A model generated the notes under the pieces. It made no database searches, had not been told where the DNA came from, and saw only the letters and a program-made list of their open reading frames with translations. DNA of 64,000 nt from Syntrophorhabdaceae bacterium. Lineage in GTDB: Bacteria > Desulfobacterota > Syntrophorhabdia > Syntrophorhabdales > Syntrophorhabdaceae. Of this stretch, positions 19,316 to 28,801 are shown piece after piece (position 1 is the first letter of the stretch; the number at the start of each line of letters is the position of its first letter). The stretch lies in contig OY762209.1 of assembly GCA_963665295.1 (NCBI GenBank), forward strand, positions 3,520,001 to 3,584,000. The letters are read 5' to 3'. The translations under genes were made by a program, and so were the position numbers.

Positions 19316-20501
19316 CAAGCAGCCTGCACCCGTGCCCATCCACCATGTGATTACCGTACTTCTCGTAGATGATCAGCCCATAGTGGGGGAAACGGTAAGA
19401 AGAATGCTCGCACCGGAAAAGGATATAGTGTTTCACTTCTGCAAAGACCCGACGGCTGCCATAAAGATGGCAGCCGAGATAGAACCCACCGTAATACTGC
19501 AAGACCTCGTGATGCCTGAGATAGACGGCCTCACTCTGGTCAAATTCTTCAGGGCCCACAGGAAATTGAAGGACGTGCCCCTCATTGTGCTGTCAAGCAA
19601 GGAGGAACCTTTGACCAAGGCCGAAGCTTTCTCGGTGGGTGCGAACGACTACCTGGTGAAGCTCCCCGACAGGATCGAATTGATAGCCCGCATCAGGTAC
19701 CACTCCAAGGGGTACATCAACCTCATTGAGAGGAACGAAGCGTACCAGGAGCTATTCAGAAGCCAGCAGGTGCTCGCTGCCCAGCTTGCGAGCGCGGCGG
19801 AATACGTGATTTCCCTCCTCCCGTCTGCGGTAACCGAGGGGGATTTGAGGACGGATTGGCGCTTTTTCCCCTCGGCTGAACTGGGAGGCGATGCGCTCGG
19901 TTACCACTGGATCGACGAATCACATTTTGCCATGTACCTCCTTGACGTGTGCGACCACGGGGTCGGTCCCGCGCTGCTCTCCGTTTCTGCCCTGAATGTG
20001 CTTCGCTCTCAGTCTCTGCCCAACACGGATTTCAAGAACCCCGGTGAAGTGCTGATTGCTCTCAATGACACCTTTCAGATGGAAAAGCAGAACAACCTTT
20101 ATTTTACTATCTGGTACGGCGTGTTTGACAAGGCAATGGGCCAACTGAAATATGCGAGCGCGGGTCATCCGCCGGCACTGCTCGTGCCGGAAGGGAAAGA
20201 CATTCAGGAGTTGATTACGCCGAATATGTTTATCGGCGGCATGGACGGCATAGTCTATACGAGCGGAACTGTGAATGTCGAACTTCCCGCGAAACTCTAC
20301 ATCTTTTCTGACGGCGCATACGAGATCGAAAGGCAGGATGGCTCCATGTGGAGTGTTCAGGGGCTCAAGGAGTTTATCACGAATGGCACGGGGAACGACC
20401 GGGAAGAGATAGATATCCTCTACCGGTCGCTCAAAGAGATGCGCGGTCTTAAGGACCTGGATGATGATTTTTCCATGTTAAAGATAGAGTTTTTGAGGTA
20501 A
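19299..20501 (+). CDS. WspR-type receiver fused to a SpoIIE/PP2C Ser/Thr phosphatase
   Basis: VLLVDDQ, PTVILQDLVMP, GANDYLVKLPD.IEL.ARIRYHS, then GGD, DVCDHG, SAGHPP, FSDG, DDDFS. Confidence 0.92.
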   Translation: MTMNDDKQPAPVPIHHVITVLLVDDQPIVGETVRRMLAPEKDIVFHFCKDPTAAIKMAAEIEPTVILQDLVMPEIDGLTLVKFFRAHRKLKDVPLIVLSSKEEPLTKAEAFSVGANDYLVKLPDRIELIARIRYHSKGYINLIERNEAYQELFRSQQVLAAQLASAAEYVISLLPSAVTEGDLRTDWRFFPSAELGGDALGYHWIDESHFAMYLLDVCDHGVGPALLSVSALNVLRSQSLPNTDFKNPGEVLIALNDTFQMEKQNNLYFTIWYGVFDKAMGQLKYASAGHPPALLVPEGKDIQELITPNMFIGGMDGIVYTSGTVNVELPAKLYIFSDGAYEIERQDGSMWSVQGLKEFITNGTGNDREEIDILYRSLKEMRGLKDLDDDFSMLKIEFLR

Positions 20502-20649
20502 GACGGGCCGGGGCATTTTGCACGGATAGGTGTTGCGCCTCATTCTTCCTTGATTTGTAAGGGTTTCTTGTATTAATATCTAGAAGCGGATCATTGTCCC
20601 GATAGATCAGGGAGTTTCCCGCTCTAATACCACACACCAAGAGGAACAG

Positions 20650-22020
20650 ATGGAAAAGAGGATTATTAAAGAGCTTGTGAGCGTCGTTGGGAAGGAGAAT
20701 GTCCAGACATCTCCGGAGGAGAGGCAATGTTACTCTTACGATGCGAGGACAGAAGGCACAGCCCCTGAAGTTGTGGTATTCCCGTCGTCCGCTGATGAGG
20801 TATCCCGTATCCTTAAAATGGCGAATGCCTATGGGTTTCCCGTCGTGCCGAGGGGATCGGGCACAGGACTTACGGGGGGTTCCGTTCCGGTGGCAGGCGG
20901 GGTAGTGCTCTCTTTTTCCAGGATGAACAGGATACTCGAAATCGACCCGAAGAATCTGATCGCCGTCGTGGAGCCTGGGGTAGTCACCTTCATCCTTCAG
21001 GAGGAAGCCGCCAAATACGGACTCTTTTATCCACCCGACCCCGCGTCTTACAAATACTCGAGTATAGGCGGGAACATCGCGGAGTGTGCAGGAGGGCCAA
21101 ACTCGCTGAAATATGGCGTCACGCGGGATTATGTGCTCGGTCTCGAAGCGGTATTGCCTACGGGCGAGATCATTAACCCCGGAGTCAGGACTATGAAAGG
21201 GGTGGTCGGCTATGATCTGGCGAGGCTCTTCGTGGGAAGTGAAGGCACGCTCGCGGTGGTAACGAAGATCACCCTGAAGCTCATCCCTCTGCCTGAGGCC
21301 AAAGCCACGATTCTGGCCCTGTTCAGTGAGGTGGACGAGGCGGCCGAAGCCGTTTCTGCCACAATTGCGGCAAAAGTGGTGCCTTCCACCATAGAATTTA
21401 TGGACAGAGCATCCATCCGGTGCTGTGAACAGGCCAACCCCATGGGCCTTCCCCCCGATATAGGCGGACTGCTTCTCATTGAAGTGGATGGCGGCGAAGA
21501 GTCCATCATCTCCCTCGCGGAAAAGGTGACAAAAATCATGGTTGCCCATCACGCCGTGGACTGTCGCATGACCAGAGACCCCAAGGAGGCGGACAAGCTA
21601 TGGCTCGCGCGGCGCACGCTCTCGCAGGCCCTCTATAATATAAACCCCGTGAAGATCGCAGAGGACGTCGTGGTGCCCCGTTCCAACATACCCGCCCTTA
21701 TCCACGCCCTTGAAGAGATGGGAAAGCGGTTCGGCATCCCGATCCTCAGTTTCGGTCATGCGGGTGACGGAAATTTTCACGTGAATATCATGATCAAGGA
21801 TACTCAGGAAGAGAGGGAAAAGGCGGAAGAAGCGGTAAAAGAGATATTTTCCGAAGCGTTGAGGCTTGGCGGTACCCTTTCCGGCGAGCACGGGATAGGG
21901 CTCTCCAAAGCACCCTATCTTGGGATGGAGTTAGCCCCGGACCTTATGAATACCATGAAGAAGATAAAACAGCTTCTCGATCCCAACAACATTCTTAATC
22001 CAGGGAAGATATTCGGTTGA
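20650..22020 (+). CDS. FAD-linked oxidoreductase, GlcD/D-lactate dehydrogenase family
   Basis: PRGSGTGLTGG, YPPDPAS, GSEGTL, HAGDGNFH, GEHGIG, DPNNILNPGK. Confidence 0.9.
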   Translation: MEKRIIKELVSVVGKENVQTSPEERQCYSYDARTEGTAPEVVVFPSSADEVSRILKMANAYGFPVVPRGSGTGLTGGSVPVAGGVVLSFSRMNRILEIDPKNLIAVVEPGVVTFILQEEAAKYGLFYPPDPASYKYSSIGGNIAECAGGPNSLKYGVTRDYVLGLEAVLPTGEIINPGVRTMKGVVGYDLARLFVGSEGTLAVVTKITLKLIPLPEAKATILALFSEVDEAAEAVSATIAAKVVPSTIEFMDRASIRCCEQANPMGLPPDIGGLLLIEVDGGEESIISLAEKVTKIMVAHHAVDCRMTRDPKEADKLWLARRTLSQALYNINPVKIAEDVVVPRSNIPALIHALEEMGKRFGIPILSFGHAGDGNFHVNIMIKDTQEEREKAEEAVKEIFSEALRLGGTLSGEHGIGLSKAPYLGMELAPDLMNTMKKIKQLLDPNNILNPGKIFG

Positions 22021-22058
22021 TCGGACTGAGGTGAGACGGGGACGGATCCCGGGAGGCG

Positions 22059-22670
22059 TTACTCTTCGATCGGGTCGGGAAGGACAAGGACCATCTGGTT
22101 GTATTCGTGGAGTACCTTTTTCGTGAAGGGTGTGTGAGGAACGTACTCCTTCGATGCCTTCCTTCGCACCCTGTCTGAGCCGACATTGTACGCGTGGAGG
22201 GCGGTATTAAGGTTTTCAAACTTATCGATAAGACCCGAAAGGTGGTTCACACCGATCCTGATATTTTTCTCAGGTTCGTTAAGGGCCTTCGTTTCTTTAA
22301 CGGCGATTCCCGTATCCTTTGAGATATGGCGGGCAAGGGAAGGTTTGATTTGGAGCAGTCCCCGCGCTCCCTGTCTCGAGACCGCTTCGCTCCGGAAATT
22401 ACTTTCCACCTTTATGACTGCGAGAATAAGCCTGTAATCCACATCGTATTCGAGGGATTCTTCGTAAACCCTGTCGGCGATGGTCTTCAGTTTCGCCTCG
22501 GAGGTTCTGACCTGTTTCAGCTTGAGGTATTCGACTATCTTGGTTTTGATGTAATCGTTGCCTTTGCCTTGATCGGCACTGAAGGCCTTCAGGGAAAACG
22601 CGACGAGGACGAATACCGCGATCAGAAAAATGGAGACTGAAGCATATTTTATTTTGCGAACTAGTGGCAT
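22059..22670 (-). CDS. Lytic transglycosylase (SLT domain)
   Basis: N-terminal TM; catalytic KVESNF, GARGLLQI, AYNVG; start chosen at MPLVRK. Confidence 0.88.
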   Translation of the reverse strand: MPLVRKIKYASVSIFLIAVFVLVAFSLKAFSADQGKGNDYIKTKIVEYLKLKQVRTSEAKLKTIADRVYEESLEYDVDYRLILAVIKVESNFRSEAVSRQGARGLLQIKPSLARHISKDTGIAVKETKALNEPEKNIRIGVNHLSGLIDKFENLNTALHAYNVGSDRVRRKASKEYVPHTPFTKKVLHEYNQMVLVLPDPIEE

Positions 22671-22704
22671 GAACAATACTTTTACACCCCCGCAATGAGA
22701 AAAG

Positions 22705-24480
22705 TCAAGTTTTTTTTGCGCGACCCTGCGGCTTGCCGGCATATTTGGTCAATGATTGCGTACCCCTAGGTGTAAAAGGGTGATGTTTTGGAGCAGGTCC
22801 TTGAATCAAGGCTCTCCGTCTCTTCCGTTCCTGGAAGTCCTTCGCGACATAGAGCTTTTCCCCGGTGAAAGGATGCTCCCCGGTATAGTACATGCAGCCT
22901 GCCGCAGTGAGGGGGAGGGGGGTAAAATCCTGGACCTGCTCGGGATGCATTCCCCGCTTCCTGACATAAGAGGAGAGGACCTGTTCGTCTTCAACGGATG
23001 CCCCCGGGTGTGAAATGATAAAATAATTCACGAGATACTGATCTTTTCCCGTCCGTTTCGTCATTTCTCTGAACCTTTCGACGAAACGTTCATAGACCCG
23101 AAAATCGGGTTTGTTCATAATACGAAGGACGGAGGACGCCGCATGCTCGGGGGCCACCTTCATCCTGCCGCTGATATGATGCCTGCACAGGTGTTCAAGA
23201 TAGTCGGTAGAAGCATCGTCTACAAGGAGGTCGTACCTGATCCCGCTCTCAATGAACATGTGCTTGACCCCCGGGAGGGCCATGATGGCCTTGTAGAGAT
23301 CAATGCACTGCCTGTAGCCGAGCTTGAGCATCCCGCACTTGTCCGGAACAAGACAGTCCCTTTTGCCGCAGCCCCCCTGTTTCCAGAGCCGGCATTCGGC
23401 CCGGTAGAGGTTTGCCGTCGGTCCGCCCACGTCGGCGATCGTACCCCTGAACTCTTTCATTTCCGAGACTTTCTTTGCTTCCTCGACAATTGATCCCGCG
23501 CTTCTCGACTGGATTATCTTGCCCTGGTGCATCGACAGGGAGCAAAAGCTGCATCCGCCGCAACATCCCCTGTGCGAAATAATGGAGAACTTCACCGTTT
23601 CAAAGCCTGGAATGCCGCCTTTCTTCTCGTAAACGGGGTGGCAGGCCCGCGCGAAGGGGAGGCGGTAAATTGCGTCCAGGGCCTCCGTGCCGAGTGGCGG
23701 TGGCGGGGGGAATTGAATCACATACCGCCCGTCATAGCGCTGAAGGAGGGTCGCTCCTGTGAAGGGGTTCTGGTTCTCGTGAAGAAGCCTGAAGGCTTCA
23801 TTGAACCTTCTCTTGTCGTCACGCACCTCGTCATAGGAGGGCAATTCCAGGAACGATTCCTCTGTGGGAGGCTCCTTTCTTACTATTGCGGTCCCCCTGA
23901 TCCCGTGGAGGTCGGCCCCTCCCGCGATCCTCCGGGCTATCTCCAGGACCTGTGTCTCTCCCATCCCATATACGAGAATATCAGCCCTCGTATCGAGAAG
24001 GATGGACCGGCGCACCTTATTGTCCCACCAATCGTAGTGGGCCACCCTTCGAAGGCTTGCTTCAATCCCCCCGAGCACGATGGCTGCGTCGGGGAAGGCT
24101 TCTCTTATCCGGTTGGCGTAGACGATTACCGCCCGGTCAGGACGCAATCCGGCCTCTCCTCCAGGGGAATATGCATCCTGTCTCCTGGTTCTCTTGTTGG
24201 CTGTGTAATTGGCCACCATGGAATCGAGGTTTCCCCCGGTAACCCCGAAAAAAAGCCGCGGCTTTCCGAGGCGCGTAAAGTCGTCCGTCTTCTTCCAGTC
24301 GGGCTGGGAGATGACCCCTACGCGGTAACCCGCCGACTCAAGCATCCTCCCTATGACGGCAGTGCCGTATGAAGGGTGATCGACGTACGCATCGCCGGTC
24401 ACGAGGATTATATCCAGGCTATCCCAGCCCCTCGCTTTCACCTCTTCTCTGGTCATGGGGAGAAAATTATCCATAGTCAT
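22705..24480 (-). CDS. ygiQ: YgiQ family radical SAM protein
   Basis: FLPMT, GDAYVDHPS, GGIEASLRR, HRGCCGGCSFC, VAPEH, QVQDFTP. Confidence 0.92.
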   Translation of the reverse strand: MTMDNFLPMTREEVKARGWDSLDIILVTGDAYVDHPSYGTAVIGRMLESAGYRVGVISQPDWKKTDDFTRLGKPRLFFGVTGGNLDSMVANYTANKRTRRQDAYSPGGEAGLRPDRAVIVYANRIREAFPDAAIVLGGIEASLRRVAHYDWWDNKVRRSILLDTRADILVYGMGETQVLEIARRIAGGADLHGIRGTAIVRKEPPTEESFLELPSYDEVRDDKRRFNEAFRLLHENQNPFTGATLLQRYDGRYVIQFPPPPPLGTEALDAIYRLPFARACHPVYEKKGGIPGFETVKFSIISHRGCCGGCSFCSLSMHQGKIIQSRSAGSIVEEAKKVSEMKEFRGTIADVGGPTANLYRAECRLWKQGGCGKRDCLVPDKCGMLKLGYRQCIDLYKAIMALPGVKHMFIESGIRYDLLVDDASTDYLEHLCRHHISGRMKVAPEHAASSVLRIMNKPDFRVYERFVERFREMTKRTGKDQYLVNYFIISHPGASVEDEQVLSSYVRKRGMHPEQVQDFTPLPLTAAGCMYYTGEHPFTGEKLYVAKDFQERKRRRALIQGPAPKHHPFTPRGTQSLTKYAGKPQGRAKKT

Positions 24481-24679
24481 CTAATTGTACCAGAATACGT
24501 GCGATATTGAGACAAGTATTTCCCGGCGCACCATAAGCTGCAACCGTGAGGTCTCGATGCGGCACGCGGTTCGGGAAAGCACAAGGAAGAGGGTGGCGGG
24601 AGTATACAGACCGGAAGAACAATTCAGAGGGGATAAACCGGACATTTCTACTTTGCCGGGACGGGGATGCTATTTGTCC

Positions 24680-24708
24680 TTGACTTTACTGTCTTTTTTT
24701 ACTATCAT
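24680..24708 (+). promoter_or_regulatory. sigma70 promoter of rplC
   Basis: TTGACT-17 bp-TATCAT, then GGAGGTG RBS. Confidence 0.7.
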
Positions 24709-24734
24709 TTAAGACTTTTCGGAGGTGAAGGATA

Positions 24735-25379
24735 ATGGGAATCGGTTTACTTGGAAAGAAACTCGGAATGACACAAATATTCGGCGAAGATGGGGCTGCT
24801 ATACCGGTAACGGTGATCCTGGCGGGTCCGTGTGCGATCGTGCAGAAAAAAACCGTTTCGAGCGACGGATATGACGGACTTCAGCTCGGTTTTCAGGAGA
24901 TCAGCAAGGCAAATCGCGTAAATAAACCTTTTGGCGGACATTTCAAAAAGGTAAACGTTACGCCCAGGAGTTTTGTCAGGGAGTTCAGAGTCGATGCGGA
25001 AGAACTGGAAGCCCACGAGGTGGGCACTGAGATCTCCGTTGAGATATTCGAGCCCGGACAGTATGTCGATGTAACAGGCACGTCTAAAGGCAAGGGATTT
25101 GCGGGCGTTATCAAAAGACATCACTTCAAGGGAGCGCCGGCATCACGGGGAACCCATGAGTTTTTCCGGCATGGCGGCTCGATCGGCCGGAATATGACCC
25201 CTGGACGGACCATGAAGGGAACGAAAATGCCGGGGCAGATGGGCTCCAAGAGAGTTACGGTACAGAGCCTTAAGGTAGTAGACGTGCGGGAGGATACCAA
25301 CATCCTCATGGTAGAGGGCGCCATTCCGGGTCCGACAAACGGATTTGTCATAATAAAGAAAGCAGTGAAGAAATCCTGA
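24735..25379 (+). CDS. rplC: 50S ribosomal protein L3 (stand-alone)
   Basis: GKKLGMTQIF, PVTVI, DGY, SKGKGFAGVIKRH, GSIG, KMPGQMG, GAIPGP. Confidence 0.97.
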   Translation: MGIGLLGKKLGMTQIFGEDGAAIPVTVILAGPCAIVQKKTVSSDGYDGLQLGFQEISKANRVNKPFGGHFKKVNVTPRSFVREFRVDAEELEAHEVGTEISVEIFEPGQYVDVTGTSKGKGFAGVIKRHHFKGAPASRGTHEFFRHGGSIGRNMTPGRTMKGTKMPGQMGSKRVTVQSLKVVDVREDTNILMVEGAIPGPTNGFVIIKKAVKKS

Positions 25380-25415
25380 GTAACGGGATTTTTGAACTGA
25401 ATAATGAGAACACGT

Positions 25416-25443
25416 AAGGGCCGGTGACGAACCGGCCCTTTTC
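25416..25443 (+). terminator. Intrinsic terminator of rplC
   Basis: AAGGGCCGGT-gacga-ACCGGCCCTT followed by T run. Confidence 0.75.
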
Positions 25444-25636
25444 ATTGGCAGAAACGTCCACGGGTATTAGGTCTGTAATACCTGACACATCGCCTCGGGC
25501 GGGTATAGCCTGCACAAATCTCAAAACCGTGAATGCCTTGTCGGGGTCTGAGACGGTTGGAACCATGACCGGTAAGGGCATGCAAGAGTGTTGGAAGGAT
25601 GCGAGGCGCCTCTTGAAGTAGATGACAGGGGTCGGC

Positions 25637-26383
25637 TTAGCGGATGATCCGGTCTGTGACGAATTGAGAGAGTTTTCTGACCCCTTGTCGGAAAGGCTTT
25701 GTATGAAAACCCGGGCGCCATTTGTGGCCGGTCAGGAGGTCGGATACGACAAGGAAGGCAATCCCCTTGATCTCCTTGAAATTACACACGCTGTAGAAGG
25801 AAGCCACCTCCATCTCGACGCCGCTCAAACCCATTTCCCGGTACTTCGCGATTTTTCCCGCAGTTTCCCTGTAGATTGCGTCACAACTCCATATAAGACC
25901 GTCAAGAAAGCCCTGGTCCTTCGCCGCATCAGCCCACGGGTCAAACCAGTTGGAGTAGACGATGGGGTCGTCGCTGCCGGAATAATGATAGGAGATGCCG
26001 TCCTCTCTCAAGGCGCCCCTGGAAGTGATGACGTCGCCGATGCGGATGTTTTCGTTGATGCCGCCGCAGTAACCCCAGAGAATGAATTCCTCCACCCCGA
26101 AAGAGGATAGTTCTTCCACGAGGGCCGCTATGTTAGGTCCTCCTATTTGAGAACGGGTAATGACTGTTTGGGACCCTTCGATGAGAAATATCTGCCGGAA
26201 AGGCGCCCAGGATTCAACGAGCCCGACCTTCATGCGCCGGGATATGGCATTGATGTCTCCCGGACCAAAGGTTACGATCGCCCTCGGGGGAAGGGCAAGC
26301 CTCTCCGCAGTGCTCCTGGTAAGGGCGAGCACCAGATCCCGCGGATCTAAAAGAGGTAAGGACGAGTCAAAAAGCTGTCTCAA
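25637..26383 (-). CDS. Nucleoside phosphorylase (PNP/UDP family)
   Basis: IGGP, GYCGG, ALREDGISYHY, WSCDAIYRET, VEME, VVSD. Confidence 0.88.
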   Translation of the reverse strand: MRQLFDSSLPLLDPRDLVLALTRSTAERLALPPRAIVTFGPGDINAISRRMKVGLVESWAPFRQIFLIEGSQTVITRSQIGGPNIAALVEELSSFGVEEFILWGYCGGINENIRIGDVITSRGALREDGISYHYSGSDDPIVYSNWFDPWADAAKDQGFLDGLIWSCDAIYRETAGKIAKYREMGLSGVEMEVASFYSVCNFKEIKGIAFLVVSDLLTGHKWRPGFHTKPFRQGVRKLSQFVTDRIIR

Positions 26384-26858
26384 GGAACCGCCTCTTGAGC
26401 CGTGCGTACGATTCCATGATATGCTCCGAAATAACCCTCACATCCCCCATGACTGCCATGAAATTGGTGTCGCCGAACCATCTCGGGACAATATGGATGT
26501 GAAAGTGATCCTCCAGTCCGGCCCCTGCGGCCCTTCCTGAATTGATGCCGATATTCACGCCATGGGCATTGAACTCATCCTTCAAAATAGTGGACATGGT
26601 TTTTACGAGCCTGATGGCGTCGAGAGCCTCGTCGTCGGTCAATTCCTCTATGGATCCCGCATGTCTCACAGGGACCACCATGACGTGGCCGTTTGTGTAG
26701 GGATACCGGTTCATGATTACAAAGGCGGAACCCCTCCTGCCTATCACGAGTGACTCCTCGTCGTGACCTTCCTCTGTGCATAGAAAACACTTCTTATCTT
26801 CTTTTGTGCTGTCGCTGCCTACATACGCCATTCTCCATGGCGCCCAAATTCTTTCCAT
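26367..26858 (-). CDS. HIT family hydrolase (Fhit/Ap4A phosphorylase-like)
   Basis: WAPWRMAY, CFLC, NRYPYTNGH, AGAG, HFHIHIVPRW. Confidence 0.9.
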   Translation of the reverse strand: MERIWAPWRMAYVGSDSTKEDKKCFLCTEEGHDEESLVIGRRGSAFVIMNRYPYTNGHVMVVPVRHAGSIEELTDDEALDAIRLVKTMSTILKDEFNAHGVNIGINSGRAAGAGLEDHFHIHIVPRWFGDTNFMAVMGDVRVISEHIMESYARLKRRFLETAF

Positions 26859-26859
26859 A

Positions 26860-27372
26860 TCAATCCCTCAAAAATATGTAGTCTTTCCAGTAGTCAGGCA
26901 TGGCGTTCATCCCAACCAGGAGCATAATCATGTAGAAGCCGTTCGGCCTCGCCGGTTTCTTGCGGGGGCGCATACCCATCTCCTCCGGAAGCTTGTCGCC
27001 CTTCTTCAGGTTGCATTGGGTGCAGCACGTTATAATGTTTGTCCATTCCGCTGCTCCGCCTCTTGACCTGGGGATTATGTGGTCGCAGGTCAGGCTTTTG
27101 GGTTCGAACTTTTTTCCGCAGTACTGACAGGTATAATTATCCCGCAGAAAAATGTTCCTTCTGGAGAACTTGACGTTTATATGGTTGTTCCGCACAAGCC
27201 TCAAAAGGCGGATCACCGCGGGCTGTCTCATGCTCACGGACACACCTTTGATCTCCCTTTCATATTCCTTCAGGACCTCGACCTTGCCGAGAAAAACAAG
27301 GGTTACCGCTTTTTTCCATGATAGAACGCTAATGGGCTCAAAGGTGGTGTTAAGGAGGAGTGTCCTATCCAT
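26860..27372 (-). CDS. HNH endonuclease (McrA-like housekeeping family)
   Basis: TLLLN...PI, FSRRNIFLRD..CQYC, DHIIPRSRGG, W.N...C..CN..K. Confidence 0.9.
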   Translation of the reverse strand: MDRTLLLNTTFEPISVLSWKKAVTLVFLGKVEVLKEYEREIKGVSVSMRQPAVIRLLRLVRNNHINVKFSRRNIFLRDNYTCQYCGKKFEPKSLTCDHIIPRSRGGAAEWTNIITCCTQCNLKKGDKLPEEMGMRPRKKPARPNGFYMIMLLVGMNAMPDYWKDYIFLRD

Positions 27373-27557
27373 AAACCTATTGAAAATTAACGTTTTTGCG
27401 GCCTTCTTGTCAAGGCTTTTCAGATTGTGCGCAGGCTTCACGTCATGGACCGGTCATGTGCCACTGGTACGAATTCAATGAAGGCATTAAACTTCTTGTG
27501 GCATGAGACGCGAATCTATGGTAATTATGGGTATAGCAGTATTTAAGGGAGGGACGC

Positions 27558-28070
27558 ATGCCGATATTTGACGAAGACGACAAAGAGATACACGACCTCG
27601 AAGGTTACCCGAATCTGGGTGCAACAAAGACGAGGATCAAGAAGGAGAAAGTAAAGATCAAATTTCCGGACGTGTTCAAAAAGGTACCGGTTTTCAGCAT
27701 AGTTCTCGTGGTGCTCATTATTCTTCTTGGTATAATGACGTTTTCTCTCGCGGCCAGGGTATGGACCCTCAGCGCCGAGATAGAGGACATAAAGGCAATC
27801 AAGAGTCAAATGGCGACTATTCAGGCCAACATTACGGCCGATAACGAGGCGTCCAATAAGGAACGAAACAAACTGAAGGGTGAAATTTCACAACTCCAGA
27901 ACGACATGGATGGCATGAAGGCGCAGCAGAGGCACCAGGCTGAAGTCCAGAACCAGAGACAAGCCGAGGCAAAGAAGAAGGCGGCGGCAGCGGCAGAAAA
28001 GAAGACGGTCCCGGAAAAGAAGACGGTCGCCGCAAAAAAGCCTCCGCAGAAAGAAAAGAAGCCCCAATAG
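27558..28070 (+). CDS. Hypothetical single-TM coiled-coil protein with Lys/Ala-rich tail
   Basis: GGGAGG RBS; one hydrophobic helix; heptad-rich region. Confidence 0.7.
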   Translation: MPIFDEDDKEIHDLEGYPNLGATKTRIKKEKVKIKFPDVFKKVPVFSIVLVVLIILLGIMTFSLAARVWTLSAEIEDIKAIKSQMATIQANITADNEASNKERNKLKGEISQLQNDMDGMKAQQRHQAEVQNQRQAEAKKKAAAAAEKKTVPEKKTVAAKKPPQKEKKPQ

Positions 28071-28098
28071 CCCCGGACAACGGTGCAAGGTCGTTGCG

Positions 28099-28794
28099 TT
28101 GAAGGCGAGAGCTGTCATATTCGATATCGATGGTACCCTGATCGACACCTTTGAAGTGTACCATGAGGTGTTTAACCAGGGTATTGCACGTTACAACCTG
28201 GGGCCCGTTTCTCGGGTATTCCTATCCGGTCACTTATCGAAGTCTACCGGTCTTCGGGAGATCCTTCAGGATATTTTTCCCATGGACACCGATGAATCGA
28301 CCTTTGACGCATGCAGGGAGGAAATAAGAGGCCTTTTTCGCCGCGCGGAAGTGACCGGTGTAAGACCCTTTCCCGGGATCGAGGAATTGTTCAACAATCT
28401 GAAAGAAAGAGGCATGAAGATAGGAATTGCCACAGGAAGGATGTCGTCTCAGGAGGATGAGTGGGAAAGATTCAGCCGGTTCGGCCTTGACAGGTTCGTG
28501 AGTGCCATCGTAACGTCGAAAGAAGTTCCGTGTCGTAAGCCGGCGGCCGACGTTATAGTCGAATGTGCACGGAGGCTTGGTGTTCCCACAGGAGAATGTA
28601 TTGCCGTGGGAGACACGGAATCGGACATCATTGCAGCCAGGAGGGCAGGAGCGATGGCGGTGGCTGTTGCCACGGGGCAGGATGACCGCGACCGGCTTTT
28701 AAGGGCGGAGCCGGAAATAGTTTTCCTGAGCGCCAATGACCTCATCGATTTTCTCGAAACCATGGGGAATCGGCCGAAAGACGTACGAAACTGA
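28099..28794 (+). CDS. HAD family phosphatase (Gph-like)
   Basis: FDIDGTLID, IAT, KP, VGDT..D. Confidence 0.9.
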   Translation: MKARAVIFDIDGTLIDTFEVYHEVFNQGIARYNLGPVSRVFLSGHLSKSTGLREILQDIFPMDTDESTFDACREEIRGLFRRAEVTGVRPFPGIEELFNNLKERGMKIGIATGRMSSQEDEWERFSRFGLDRFVSAIVTSKEVPCRKPAADVIVECARRLGVPTGECIAVGDTESDIIAARRAGAMAVAVATGQDDRDRLLRAEPEIVFLSANDLIDFLETMGNRPKDVRN

Positions 28795-28801
28795 GCCTGC
28801 C

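Noticed and set aside
27996..28030. 18-bp tandem repeat (EKKTV x2)
   Set aside because: Low-complexity coding repeat in a Lys-rich tail
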